A stretch of 64,000 bases of DNA from Acidobacteriota bacterium (GCA_965209055.1 OZ242374.1:5760001-5824000); one strand, 5' to 3'; shown: positions 29,066 through 38,396, counted from the first letter of the stretch. A program made the numbers and translations. The notes: generated by a model not told the origin, from the sequence alone.

Positions 29066-30315
29066 GGGAATTACAAAGTGCAGTTGACACTTTACAGTTC
29101 TGGCGCCACGCTCAGCCTACTGGCCCACGTTCCGGCGCCCAGGGCAAAATTCCCGGCCCTGAGAATGTTCAGGGCCGCGTTGTGGTCCCTGTCCATTCTG
29201 AGATCGCAGGCTGAGGAGCGATACGTCTCGCTCCTCCCAGGTCGATTCCTGACGCCACACCGGTGACAGTCCCGCGACGTGTATTTCGGGTCCACTTCCA
29301 CGAACTCCCGCCCGGCCCACTCTGCCTTGTACTGGAGTTGATTGCGGAGAATGCCCCAGGATTGAGTCGCAATCTCACGATTCAGGCCCTTCTTGTTCAA
29401 ACCCTTCGTGGTCATACCTTTGACGTTCAGTTTCTCGACGGCAATCCGGCCATGCTCCCGGATAATTCCGGTGGTATGCCGATGGCACACATTCCGGTTC
29501 CTGACTTTCTCCCGATAGCGGAGTCGGGCCAGTTGACGGACCCGCTTCTTTCGACGGTTCGACCCCTTCTTGCTTCTTGCGATCGCTCTCTGCTGCTGCC
29601 GGACCTCTGGCCAGTCTCTCCGGTTCCGTTCGATCCGTTCCCCAGTGGACATAACCGCCCGCTTGCGAACTCCAAGATCAATGCCCACCGCAGACGGGCA
29701 TTCCGGCAACGGTTCCTTCTCCACCTCGTAGACCAGATCGACGTAAACCCGATTCGGCTTGCGGACGATCCGCAACGCTTTCAGTTCACCTTCGGGCAGG
29801 GGTCGAGCAGGAAACAACCGAAGCGTGGGGAATCCCTTGATCCGGATCGCGAATCCGCACTTGCGCTTCTTCACCATCGTCGTCTTCGGGTCCACAAAGT
29901 CGATGGTCTCCATCCGCGCGATGGGCCGGAACCGGGGATGCCCCGGCTTCTCCCCCGCCTTGCAGCGACGAAAGAACGCTTGGTAAACCCGGTCCAATCG
30001 AAACAACATTCCCCTTTCGGCCTTGACAGCAATGGACCCCAGTCCTTCCGGGTCGGCCTTGCGCTTCCGGGTCAATCCCTTCATCTGGTCATACAGGGAG
30101 ACGCTTTTCCTGTCCTTCTCCCAGGCGTTCTTTCGCTCCTCCAGGGCGGAGTTGTAGAGACGGTTCAAGACGGACCGAATCCAGTCGAGACGCCGCACCC
30201 CATTCTTGGAGAGTTTCGCCCGGCATTGGAAAGTTGCGTGAGAAATCATTAGATGGATGAGTACTCAATTGGCATGACATTGGTCAACGCACGTCAATTA
30301 GTCTTTATAATTCCC
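29066..30315 (-). mobile_element. Non-autonomous IS1595-like element (TIR plus 8-bp TSD) carrying only tnpB
   Basis: 23-bp imperfect TIRs 29066-29088 and 30293-30315 (18 of 23 match, GGGAATTA..AAAG....TTGAC); 8-bp flanking direct repeat; no transposase inside. Confidence 0.8.
29092..30249 (-). CDS. tnpB: RNA-guided endonuclease TnpB
   Basis: N-terminal LYNSALEER, KPGHPRF; RuvC-I GIDLG, RuvC-II IAVEKL, V-x-P-x-Y-T-S plus CHRC zinc finger, RuvC-III DRDHNAALNI. Confidence 0.95.
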   Translation of the reverse strand: MISHATFQCRAKLSKNGVRRLDWIRSVLNRLYNSALEERKNAWEKDRKSVSLYDQMKGLTRKRKADPEGLGSIAVKAERGMLFRLDRVYQAFFRRCKAGEKPGHPRFRPIARMETIDFVDPKTTMVKKRKCGFAIRIKGFPTLRLFPARPLPEGELKALRIVRKPNRVYVDLVYEVEKEPLPECPSAVGIDLGVRKRAVMSTGERIERNRRDWPEVRQQQRAIARSKKGSNRRKKRVRQLARLRYREKVRNRNVCHRHTTGIIREHGRIAVEKLNVKGMTTKGLNKKGLNREIATQSWGILRNQLQYKAEWAGREFVEVDPKYTSRDCHRCGVRNRPGRSETYRSSACDLRMDRDHNAALNILRAGNFALGAGTWASRLSVAPEL

Positions 30316-30323
30316 TTTCGTTT
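30316..30323. repeat. 8-bp target-site duplication TTTCGTTT (right copy)
   Basis: Exact direct repeat of 29058-29065. Confidence 0.85.
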
Positions 30324-30375
30324 CCTATCTGAGCCTAACGTCCCGGGTGGAAAAAACGCGAAGCGGAGCGGCGGC

Positions 30376-31629
30376 TCACCCGGCAACTGGTGATTGGACG
30401 CCGTTGCAGAGATAGTCGAAAATTTCGTAGTTCCGGGCTCCCTGGGCCGCCCGGGACTCGTACTCGCCGCTCAGCGGTTCCGAGAGCAGCATGGGGACCA
30501 TCACCTCGTGGCGTCCGCCGTGGGACCGCAGGGGTTCGTTCAGGACGCTGAGATCGTGGTCGGCGGGGGTCTTCCCGATGACGGCGCCGGCGTCCGCCAT
30601 CACGACCAGATCGCCGATGCGGTCGGCCGGCAAATCCAGTTCCCTCGACGCCGCAGTGCGATCGTAGACTTCGTCGATGCCGGGCAGCCGGCGGATCCAA
30701 GCAGCCACGGAAGTGGTCTCCGCGGGTTCGGCCACGTGCACCATGACCGCCGAACCCAGGGATCCGTGATGAACGACGTAGGGGTCCGTGATGGGACAGA
30801 CCACTCGGTTCCCCTCTCCGAAACGGTCTCGCAGCAGAGATTCCAGATAAACGACGTTAGGGCTCCCGCCGGGTCCGGTTTTGGCGTTCATGCCGTGGTC
30901 AGCCGTCACTCCAACCCGGGCGCCGGTCTCCAGCAGCGCACCGATCTCCCGGTCCAGCGCCTGGTGAAAATCGAGCGACTGGTCAGACTCGGGAGGAAAT
31001 TTGTGCTGCATGTAGTCGGTCAGGGACAGAAAGAGAAAATCGGCCAGTTTCCTCTGCACGAGGCGGACACCGGCCGCCAGCACGAAGAGGCTGGCGCCGG
31101 CGCTGTAGATCTCCGGCTGCGGCCTGCCCACCAGGTCCTCCAGGTTCCCAATGCCGTGGGTCCCGACGGTGGCGGCCGCGGCCCGCTCCGATGAGAAGGC
31201 GATTCCATCCAGGTCCTTCGTCAGCAGGTCCCGAAGTTTTTCCTTGGCCGTCACCATCGCCACCTTCCTGCCGGCACGGGACGCTGCCGCCAGAATCGTG
31301 TCGCATCGGACATAGCGGGACGAGTTCATCATCAGCTCCCGGCCGGTCCGGGGATCGAGGAAGAAGTTGCCGCTGATCCCGGTGACGGAAGGAGGAACCC
31401 CGGAGACGATGCAGGCATTGTTCACGTTGGTGAAGGAGGGGAGGGCGCCCCGGACCACGGTCTCGAATCCGGCTTCAGCCAGACCGTCCAAATGGGGCAT
31501 GCGGCCGCGATTCCGGGAAACCTTCAGGTACTCGGGGCCGCATCCGTCGATGCAGACCACCGCCAGCGGCTTGGCCGGAGGCCGGTATTGCACTCCGTTG
31601 ACCCGGAAAGGCGTCGTGCTGATCCGCAT
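30376..31629 (-). CDS. phnA: Phosphonoacetate hydrolase
   Basis: VNGVQYRPP, VCIDG, PSFTNVNN, GISGNFF, TAKEKLR, SLTDYMQHK, TADHGMN, DPYVVHHG, LRSHGG. Confidence 0.9.
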   Translation of the reverse strand: MRISTTPFRVNGVQYRPPAKPLAVVCIDGCGPEYLKVSRNRGRMPHLDGLAEAGFETVVRGALPSFTNVNNACIVSGVPPSVTGISGNFFLDPRTGRELMMNSSRYVRCDTILAAASRAGRKVAMVTAKEKLRDLLTKDLDGIAFSSERAAAATVGTHGIGNLEDLVGRPQPEIYSAGASLFVLAAGVRLVQRKLADFLFLSLTDYMQHKFPPESDQSLDFHQALDREIGALLETGARVGVTADHGMNAKTGPGGSPNVVYLESLLRDRFGEGNRVVCPITDPYVVHHGSLGSAVMVHVAEPAETTSVAAWIRRLPGIDEVYDRTAASRELDLPADRIGDLVVMADAGAVIGKTPADHDLSVLNEPLRSHGGRHEVMVPMLLSEPLSGEYESRAAQGARNYEIFDYLCNGVQSPVAG

Positions 31630-31639
31630 CAGGCCGCCG

Positions 31640-32455
31640 TCAAACGGAGAAATACCAGCGCAGAATCCCGGGGCCCCAGAACGCGGCCGCGGCCGATGCC
31701 ACGCCCAGGAACGTTCCGAACGGCAACGGGTAGCTCCGTCCCTTGGAGCGGGCCCGCATGTAGATGGAGCCGGCGGCGGCCCCGATCACCGAACCCACGA
31801 AGACGCTCAGCAAGGCGCACCTCCAGCCCAGGAAGGCGCCCAGCATGGCGGTCATCTTGACGTCGCCGCATCCCATCCCGTCCACCCCCGAAAAACGGCG
31901 GTAGAGCGCAGCGACCAGCCACAGGAAGCCACCTCCCAGCCCGGCTCCCAGGAGGGAGAATCCCAGGTGGTCCCAGGCGGGTAGCGACGCCGGCCCGGTC
32001 TCCCAGCGGAAAAAACCGGGATCCTGCAGAGGCGACAGGAGGACCCCGGCCGCCAAGCCTCCGAGCGTCAGGACATCGGGCAGGATCCGATGGTAGAGGT
32101 CGATGACGGTGAGAGTCAGGATCAGCGCCAGGAAGAGGCAGCAGATGACAAAGGCCGAGGACCATTCGTACCGAATCCAGGCGCCAAGAAACAAAGCCGC
32201 CGTCGCGGCTTCCACCAACGGATAGCGGCGAGAGATGGGTGCGTGGCACGCGCGGCAGCGACCCTTGAGCAGCAGGAAGCTCAGGATGGGAATGTTGTCC
32301 CTGGCCGGGATCGGTTTCGAGCAGCTGGGACAGCGGGAACGGGGCCGGATGACCGACAACCCGCGTGGGAGGCGGTGAATACAGACGTTGAGAAAGCTCC
32401 CGATCACCAATCCGGCCACTACCGGCACGACTGCGAACCAGTCCATTTCCCGCAA
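31640..32455 (-). CDS. pilD: Type IV prepilin peptidase (A24)
   Basis: GSFLNVCIHRLP, RSRCPSC, GRCRAC, YPLVE, IDL...LPD, GMGCGDVK, PFGTFL. Confidence 0.93.
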   Translation of the reverse strand: MREMDWFAVVPVVAGLVIGSFLNVCIHRLPRGLSVIRPRSRCPSCSKPIPARDNIPILSFLLLKGRCRACHAPISRRYPLVEAATAALFLGAWIRYEWSSAFVICCLFLALILTLTVIDLYHRILPDVLTLGGLAAGVLLSPLQDPGFFRWETGPASLPAWDHLGFSLLGAGLGGGFLWLVAALYRRFSGVDGMGCGDVKMTAMLGAFLGWRCALLSVFVGSVIGAAAGSIYMRARSKGRSYPLPFGTFLGVASAAAAFWGPGILRWYFSV

Positions 32456-32516
32456 TTATACGCGCGGGACGGAAAGGTCCCGTTGCTCCGGGAGTCGGGG
32501 CCGCTCGAATGCCGGA

Positions 32517-34202
32517 CTATTCACGGCGGGCCAGTACGATGTCGTTGCTGTCGACGATGGTGTACATGGCCTTCTCCAGGTCGGTCACGGCCTGCTGGTA
32601 ATCCACCCGCGCCCTCAGTTCCTGTACCTGCGACTGGCTCAGGTCCCGCTGATACCGCAGCACCTCGAAGTTGGTGGACAACCCCGCCTGGAAACGCTTG
32701 TTCTCGCCCTCCAACTGAGCCTCCGAGAGCTCGCGCGCCACTCGGGCCGCCTCCAGGCGCTTTCTCTGGGTGGCGATGCTCTCATAAGCATTGCGTACTT
32801 CCACGATGATCATCTGCTGCTGGTTCTTCAATTGGCTGGCGAGGCGGCGCTCACGGATCAGGAGGCTGGCCCTCTCCGCCTCATTGGCCCGATTTCTCAG
32901 GGGAATCTCCACGCTGACGCCAAGAGTGTAGTTGATGTAGTTGAACCCGAAGACCTGACCCCACGAATTCCCGAAGCTGCCGAAGAATGGATTCGACAGC
33001 TGCGGCACGTCTTGCATCCGGGTGTCCGGAACACCGTCCCCATCCGTATCGACGAACTGACTCGCCAATATTTCTCCAGCCCGCCCCGTATTTGTCAGAC
33101 TCGCCACCAGGTCTACAGTGGGTCTTCCATCCTGGCGGTAGTACTCCCGATCCACTTCCACCTGTTCCCGGAACAACCGATTCTGGTCCAGTTCGGGACG
33201 CTTCTCCATGGCCCCGGCGATGGCCTCGTCCAGCGTGATGGTCAGGTCCTGGACCCGGGGAAGCTGGGTGGGAATCAGGGTCAGATTCCAGAGGGCCGCC
33301 CTCGGGTCCGGCGCCAAGTGGCGTTTGAGTCCATTCTGGGAGGTGATGATCTGGACCTCCGACTGGATCATCTCCTGTTCGCGCGTGGCCACTTCGGCGC
33401 GGGAAGCAGTGATCTCGATGGGCGCCATGACACCGATCCGGACCCGCTTCTGATTGTTCTCATGCTGGATGATGGCCAGTTCCATGGACTTGCGAATGGC
33501 CTCGTAGCTCTCGATGGCAAAGACAAGTTCCCAATATTGATTCTGGACCTGCTGGACGATTTCCGACACCTTCTGCTGAAACTGGCTGTCGCTGATCTCT
33601 ATTTCCAGGTTGAAGAGCTTGAGTTGACGCCTGGTCTGGGTCTTGCGGAATCCCCTCCACAGCGGCTGGCGCAGACCAACGGCGAAGTTGGACCCGAACG
33701 AGGGGTTCATGAACGAGAAGGTGCTGTTGGTGCTGAAACGGTTGTTGTTGAAGCTGAAGGTGAGGCTGCTGCCGTTGGGCAGACTCTGTATCAGAGACGT
33801 ATCGAAGTAGACCCGGTCCGTCGTGTTCACCGGTATGCCCTGACCCGCGTCCAGGATGGACCGGGCGGGATTCTCAGTGGCCGCCCACCCCACCTCGAAT
33901 TGGAGCCTGGGGTCGTAGAAGCCGCTGGCCCCGAAGATCTGCTGGCGGTTCAGGTCCTCGTTGTAGTCCTCGATGGCGATCTCCAGGTTATTGAGCAACG
34001 CCAGCCGGATGGCGTCCTTGACACTCAACTCCCGGACCGGTCTCTCGCGGCGCATCCGATCGGCCCACGACTCGGGCCGATCGATTTTCGGCACCTGCGG
34101 ACCGTCTTGATCAGGGACCGGTTCTTCCTGGGGAACAGCCCCCAGGAATGGCACCGCAATCACGACAAAAACCGGCAGGAAAATCCCCTTGACGCTCTTC
34201 AT
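32517..34202 (-). CDS. TolC-family outer membrane efflux protein
   Basis: LSVKDAIRLALLNN, two OEP repeats (QVQNQYWEL; VEVRNAY...RFQAGLSTNFEVL), AMEKRPEL. Confidence 0.88.
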   Translation of the reverse strand: MKSVKGIFLPVFVVIAVPFLGAVPQEEPVPDQDGPQVPKIDRPESWADRMRRERPVRELSVKDAIRLALLNNLEIAIEDYNEDLNRQQIFGASGFYDPRLQFEVGWAATENPARSILDAGQGIPVNTTDRVYFDTSLIQSLPNGSSLTFSFNNNRFSTNSTFSFMNPSFGSNFAVGLRQPLWRGFRKTQTRRQLKLFNLEIEISDSQFQQKVSEIVQQVQNQYWELVFAIESYEAIRKSMELAIIQHENNQKRVRIGVMAPIEITASRAEVATREQEMIQSEVQIITSQNGLKRHLAPDPRAALWNLTLIPTQLPRVQDLTITLDEAIAGAMEKRPELDQNRLFREQVEVDREYYRQDGRPTVDLVASLTNTGRAGEILASQFVDTDGDGVPDTRMQDVPQLSNPFFGSFGNSWGQVFGFNYINYTLGVSVEIPLRNRANEAERASLLIRERRLASQLKNQQQMIIVEVRNAYESIATQRKRLEAARVARELSEAQLEGENKRFQAGLSTNFEVLRYQRDLSQSQVQELRARVDYQQAVTDLEKAMYTIVDSNDIVLARRE

Positions 34203-34458
34203 GGCATCTCCTGGAAAAGGCTCTGGACTGGACAGACCATGGCAATGACCCGGGCACAACCAGCCCGGACTGTAACATGAGGGCTCATCCTATCGTTTAC
34301 GAACGAACCCGAAGGATTGTTTCAAGAAGGCGGGAGGTCGAGAAGCGGCGGAGCGGCTCCGGGCGGCGAGGAAGTCCTGGAGTTGCCGGCCGCGGAAGGG
34401 GATGCGGCGTTCGAAGGAGGCTGTGCGGGACGGCCGGAAGCCGCCCCGCAACCTGCCG

Positions 34459-35508
34459 TCATTCCTCGGATTCGGATTCGCTCGGGCGCTTCTTCTTCAG
34501 AGAGGGCCGCTTCAGCGTCGGACGATCGCCCTTCAAGGTGGGCTCTTCCCGATCGTCCCTGTCGTTGGTCCGGCGCTTCAAGGTGGGCCGGCTCGCGCCG
34601 CTCTTGGTTCCACCCTGGCCCGGACGGATCTCCGCGCGGTCCATCTGGATCAGACGCGCCTTCACCCGGTCGAACTCGGAGGTGCTGACCACATATTCCT
34701 CCTTGGGAGGCAAGAAAGCGATCTCCTCGTTCACCTTGGCGATCCGGTTCTCGAAGCTGGGGTGAGTCCGGAAGAAGCTGGCGAACTTGCCGGGACGGCT
34801 CTTGTCCTTGGCCTGCATCTTTTCGAAGAAGGAGATGAATCCCTGCGGGTCGTATCCCGTGTTCCAGAGATACTGAGTGCCCAACTGATCGGCTTCGGCC
34901 TCCGACTTGCGGGTGATGCCCAGAACCGCCAGGTTCATGCCCATCCCCAGCCCCTGGTAGAGCGCATACTGAGTCCAGCCGCCGGTGAGGATCAGGGCCG
35001 GCAGCGCCGCAAACTGCATGAGGTTGCCCTTGGTCATCCTCTCCGTGGCATGCCGGGCCGTCACGTGGGCGATCTCGTGAGCCATGACACCGGCCAGCTC
35101 GGCCTCGTCCTCCGCCTCCAGGATCAGCCCCTTGTTGATGAAGAAGTAGCCGCCCGGCAAGGCGAAGGCGTTCACCTCTTCGGAATCGAGCACACGGATC
35201 ACGAAGGGAACTTTCGCATCCGAATTCTTCACGATGAGTTGGCCCAACCCGTCGACGTACTCGTTCACAACGGGATCTTCCACCAACCGGGCGGTCTGCT
35301 CGATCTGCTGGGCGTACTGCGCTCCCAACTGGATCTCCTTCTCCAGCGATATGAAGTTGGGGAAGATCAGGGCCACCTTCCCGTTGATATCCCGGTTGCC
35401 GATATTTTCCACATCCCCGTGTTTGCGCCCGGATTGTGTCGGCACGTTCGCCAGCAACACCAGGGTGGTGGTCAGGAGAGTCAATGAGATTCGGGTTCTT
35501 TTCGTCAT
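34459..35508 (-). CDS. M48 family metalloprotease (BepA/YfgC-like)
   Basis: VNAFALPGG, ELAGVMAHEIAH, EAEADQLG, FRTHP. Confidence 0.9.
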   Translation of the reverse strand: MTKRTRISLTLLTTTLVLLANVPTQSGRKHGDVENIGNRDINGKVALIFPNFISLEKEIQLGAQYAQQIEQTARLVEDPVVNEYVDGLGQLIVKNSDAKVPFVIRVLDSEEVNAFALPGGYFFINKGLILEAEDEAELAGVMAHEIAHVTARHATERMTKGNLMQFAALPALILTGGWTQYALYQGLGMGMNLAVLGITRKSEAEADQLGTQYLWNTGYDPQGFISFFEKMQAKDKSRPGKFASFFRTHPSFENRIAKVNEEIAFLPPKEEYVVSTSEFDRVKARLIQMDRAEIRPGQGGTKSGASRPTLKRRTNDRDDREEPTLKGDRPTLKRPSLKKKRPSESESEE

Positions 35509-35605
35509 GGCTGCGCCCTCATAAGGGTTTGGAACTGCAATTCAGTATATCCATTGTTGAGCAGATCTGCCACGAACGCTCCGGAGCCGCCAACAAGCTT
35601 TCCAT

Positions 35606-37336
35606 GTGCGCTGCATCTCTGCTAACTTCCTTCACCATATTTCGATGCTTCGGCCAGCTTCCGGGTTCAATAGCTCAGCGCCACTTGCCTTCCTCGGCGG
35701 AGAGGTCCGCTCCTGGACCAGGATTCTGACCGCGTCCCAGATGGGAACCGTGGACCGGCTGACCACCCGGGACTGCGGGCTCCCCAGCCTGCTGTTGATG
35801 GAAAATGCCGGGCTGAACCTGTATCAGATCCTGAAGTCCCGTTTCGGGGACCGGCTTGCCGGCCGCTCCACCGCGATTCTCTGCGGCAAAGGGAACAACG
35901 GTGGGGACGGTCTGGTCCTGGCCCGCCAATTGGCGCGGCGCGAATCTTCTCCCACGGTGATTCTGCTCTGCCGTCCCGAACAGATGCAGGGAGACGCCCT
36001 GGTCCAGTTGGATGCCTACCGGAAATCCGGTGGCGAGGTGGTGTCCGTGACCTCCCGGGAGAAGTGGGCGGAGGTTGCCCCCATCCTCGGCGGCTGCCGG
36101 ATCGTGGTGGACGCCCTGCTGGGAACCGGGCTCGGACGTCCCGTCACCGGACTGCTGGCAAAGGTGGTTCGGGACGTCAACGGGAGCGGCGCCTTCGTGC
36201 TGGCCGTGGACATCCCCACAGGCACGCCGTCCGACAGCATCCGGTCCATCGGGCCATCGGTCCGGGCTCACGCCACCGTCACCTTCACCGCCCCCAAGAT
36301 CGCCCACGTTCTCCACCGGGAGCCGGAGACGTTCGGGCAGATCTACGTCACTCCCATCGGGACGCCTCCCCAGGTGCTGGACACGCCGGACCACTTCCTG
36401 AACCTGATGACCCCCGCCCGGATTCGGGCGCTGCTGCCGGCCCGCAGAACCTTCTCTCACAAGGGCACGTTCGGGCACGTGGCGGTCATTGCGGGAAGCC
36501 GGGGCAAGGCCGGCGCCGGCGCCCTGGCCTCCCGGGCCGCGCTGAGATCCGGGTCCGGCCTGGTGACGGGCCTGGCTCCCGACGCCGTCCAACCCCTGAT
36601 GGCCTCCTTCCATCCTGAGATCATGACGGAAGGTGTGCCGTCCACGCCTGCCGGGACCTTGGCCTCGTCCGGGATCGATGGCATTCTGAAAATATTGGAG
36701 GGCAAAGACGCCGCCGGCCTGGGGCCGGGCCTGACGACGGAGCGAGAAACCGTCGACGTCGTGCGGCGGCTGACGCGGGAGGCCGGGATTCCCCTGGTCC
36801 TGGACGCCGACGCCTTGAACGCCTATGCCGGGCAGGCCCGCAAGTTGGTCAACCGGAAGGGTCAGCCCCTGGTCCTCACTCCCCACCCGGGTGAGTTCGC
36901 CCGCCTGACGGCCCATTCCGTTGCACAAATTACCGAAAACGGCATTTCCATCGCCCGGGATTTCGCCCGGGACCGCAATCTCTGGCTCGTGCTCAAGGGG
37001 TTCCGGACCCTGGTGGCGGCGCCCGGCGGCCAGGTCTACGCCTGTCCGCTGGGAAACCCGGGAATGGCCACCGCGGGAAGCGGCGACGTCCTCACCGGCG
37101 TGATCACTTCGTTCCTGGGCCAGTACCGGGCCCAGGGCCGGGTTTCTGCGTCGCAGACCACCGACGCCGTGGTCTCCGCCGTCTACCTCCATTCCCTGGC
37201 CGGCGATCTGGCGGCCCGGGATCGCGGGATGGACTCGCTGACGGCCGGAGACCTCCTCGATCACCTGGGACCGGCCTTCCTCCAGCTGCGCGGTCCGGGA
37301 GGGCGGGCCGGCGACCCGGTGGGAAATGCGGACTAG
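35606..37336 (+). CDS. nnr: Bifunctional NAD(P)H-hydrate epimerase/dehydratase; true start probably nearer 35700
   Basis: LMENAG, CGKGNNGGDG, DALLGTG, AVDIP, HKGTFG, GPGL, LDADALN, TPHPGEFARL, MATAGSGDVL. Confidence 0.93.
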   Translation: MRCISANFLHHISMLRPASGFNSSAPLAFLGGEVRSWTRILTASQMGTVDRLTTRDCGLPSLLLMENAGLNLYQILKSRFGDRLAGRSTAILCGKGNNGGDGLVLARQLARRESSPTVILLCRPEQMQGDALVQLDAYRKSGGEVVSVTSREKWAEVAPILGGCRIVVDALLGTGLGRPVTGLLAKVVRDVNGSGAFVLAVDIPTGTPSDSIRSIGPSVRAHATVTFTAPKIAHVLHREPETFGQIYVTPIGTPPQVLDTPDHFLNLMTPARIRALLPARRTFSHKGTFGHVAVIAGSRGKAGAGALASRAALRSGSGLVTGLAPDAVQPLMASFHPEIMTEGVPSTPAGTLASSGIDGILKILEGKDAAGLGPGLTTERETVDVVRRLTREAGIPLVLDADALNAYAGQARKLVNRKGQPLVLTPHPGEFARLTAHSVAQITENGISIARDFARDRNLWLVLKGFRTLVAAPGGQVYACPLGNPGMATAGSGDVLTGVITSFLGQYRAQGRVSASQTTDAVVSAVYLHSLAGDLAARDRGMDSLTAGDLLDHLGPAFLQLRGPGGRAGDPVGNAD

Positions 37337-37772
37337 CCAGGTCCTCCGCTCCAGCAGCGAAGAGGAGACCCGGAGCATCGGCCTGAAGCTGGGTGAGATG
37401 CTGCAGCCTCCGCGAGTGGTCCTCCTCAGCGGAGAACTGGGCGCCGGCAAGACGGTGCTCACCCAAGCCATGGCGGCCGGGCTTGAAGTCGAAGACCTCT
37501 CCCTGGTCCGAAGCCCCTCTTTCACCCTGATCAACGAATACCCGTCGGCTCGCGGCCGCGTCTACCACGTCGATCTCTACCGCCTGGAGGGAGCCGACGA
37601 CTTCCACTCCATCGGTCTCGAGGAGATCCTGGACCGGGAAGCGGTCGTCATCATCGAATGGGGCGAAAAGCTTGACTTGCCCGTAGACGACCCCGTCCGC
37701 GTCCGAATCCTGGTGGACCCGGTGAGCGACGAGCGCCTGCTGGAGATCGACATCGGTCAGGAAAGAGGGTGA
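37326..37772 (+). CDS. tsaE: tRNA threonylcarbamoyladenosine biosynthesis ATPase
   Basis: GELGAGKT, SPSFTLINEY, YHVDLYRL, IIEWGE. Confidence 0.95.
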   Translation: MRTSQVLRSSSEEETRSIGLKLGEMLQPPRVVLLSGELGAGKTVLTQAMAAGLEVEDLSLVRSPSFTLINEYPSARGRVYHVDLYRLEGADDFHSIGLEEILDREAVVIIEWGEKLDLPVDDPVRVRILVDPVSDERLLEIDIGQERG

Positions 37773-37880
37773 GAGAGGCCACTGAAACCGGATTCACATT
37801 TTTCTGACCGGCGGCGTTTGAGGGGAGTGTGACAACAACACAGGAAACGAGGTGAGACCATCGCCGCCCCCTCGAAACGT

Positions 37881-38396
37881 TTGCCCGTAGTTCCACTTCT
37901 CCCGCCTCCGAAGCAAAGCCCAGGAGCTCCGCCCGGGAAGGGGCGTGTCCGAACCGGGTCCCCGGCGCCTGGGAACGCTCACGGCTACCAGTTGCTGGAA
38001 GTCACGCTGACCTGCCTGCTCATCGGCTTCCTGGCCTCGTTGGCATGGCCGGCCTACCAGCAGGTGCGGGATCACTGGAGGCTCTCGCAGGGTTCCCAGT
38101 TGTTTCTCTCACTGCTGGAGCAAGGGCGAACCGCGGCCGTCGGCCGGAATCTGACCGTGCAGATCCGAATCTCAGACGACGGGGGACGGACCACGATGGC
38201 GCCGGAGGGGGAAGAAGCCGGACATTGGCTGAACCTTCCCAGGGGTGTCCTGGCCGTCCGGAGGCCAAACCGCGAAGTATCCTTCTTTTCCCGCGGGACC
38301 GCCGCTCCGGGCGGGACGTTCGTCCTGGGCAACGCTGCCGGGAAGGTCCGCATCGTGGTTTCGCCGGCCGGAAGGATTCGATGGGAAAGAGAATAG
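37881..38396 (+). CDS. Minor pilin/pseudopilin (FimT/GspH-like); start uncertain
   Basis: Class III signal G-YQLLE followed by hydrophobic helix; FFSRG...VSPAGRIR C-terminus. Confidence 0.75.
   Translation: MPVVPLLPPPKQSPGAPPGKGRVRTGSPAPGNAHGYQLLEVTLTCLLIGFLASLAWPAYQQVRDHWRLSQGSQLFLSLLEQGRTAAVGRNLTVQIRISDDGGRTTMAPEGEEAGHWLNLPRGVLAVRRPNREVSFFSRGTAAPGGTFVLGNAAGKVRIVVSPAGRIRWERE

Noticed and set aside
29092-30330. Cas12f or a CRISPR array associated with the TnpB-like gene
   Set aside because: No repeat-spacer array or cas genes are seen anywhere in the window, and the gene is tightly enclosed by TIRs.
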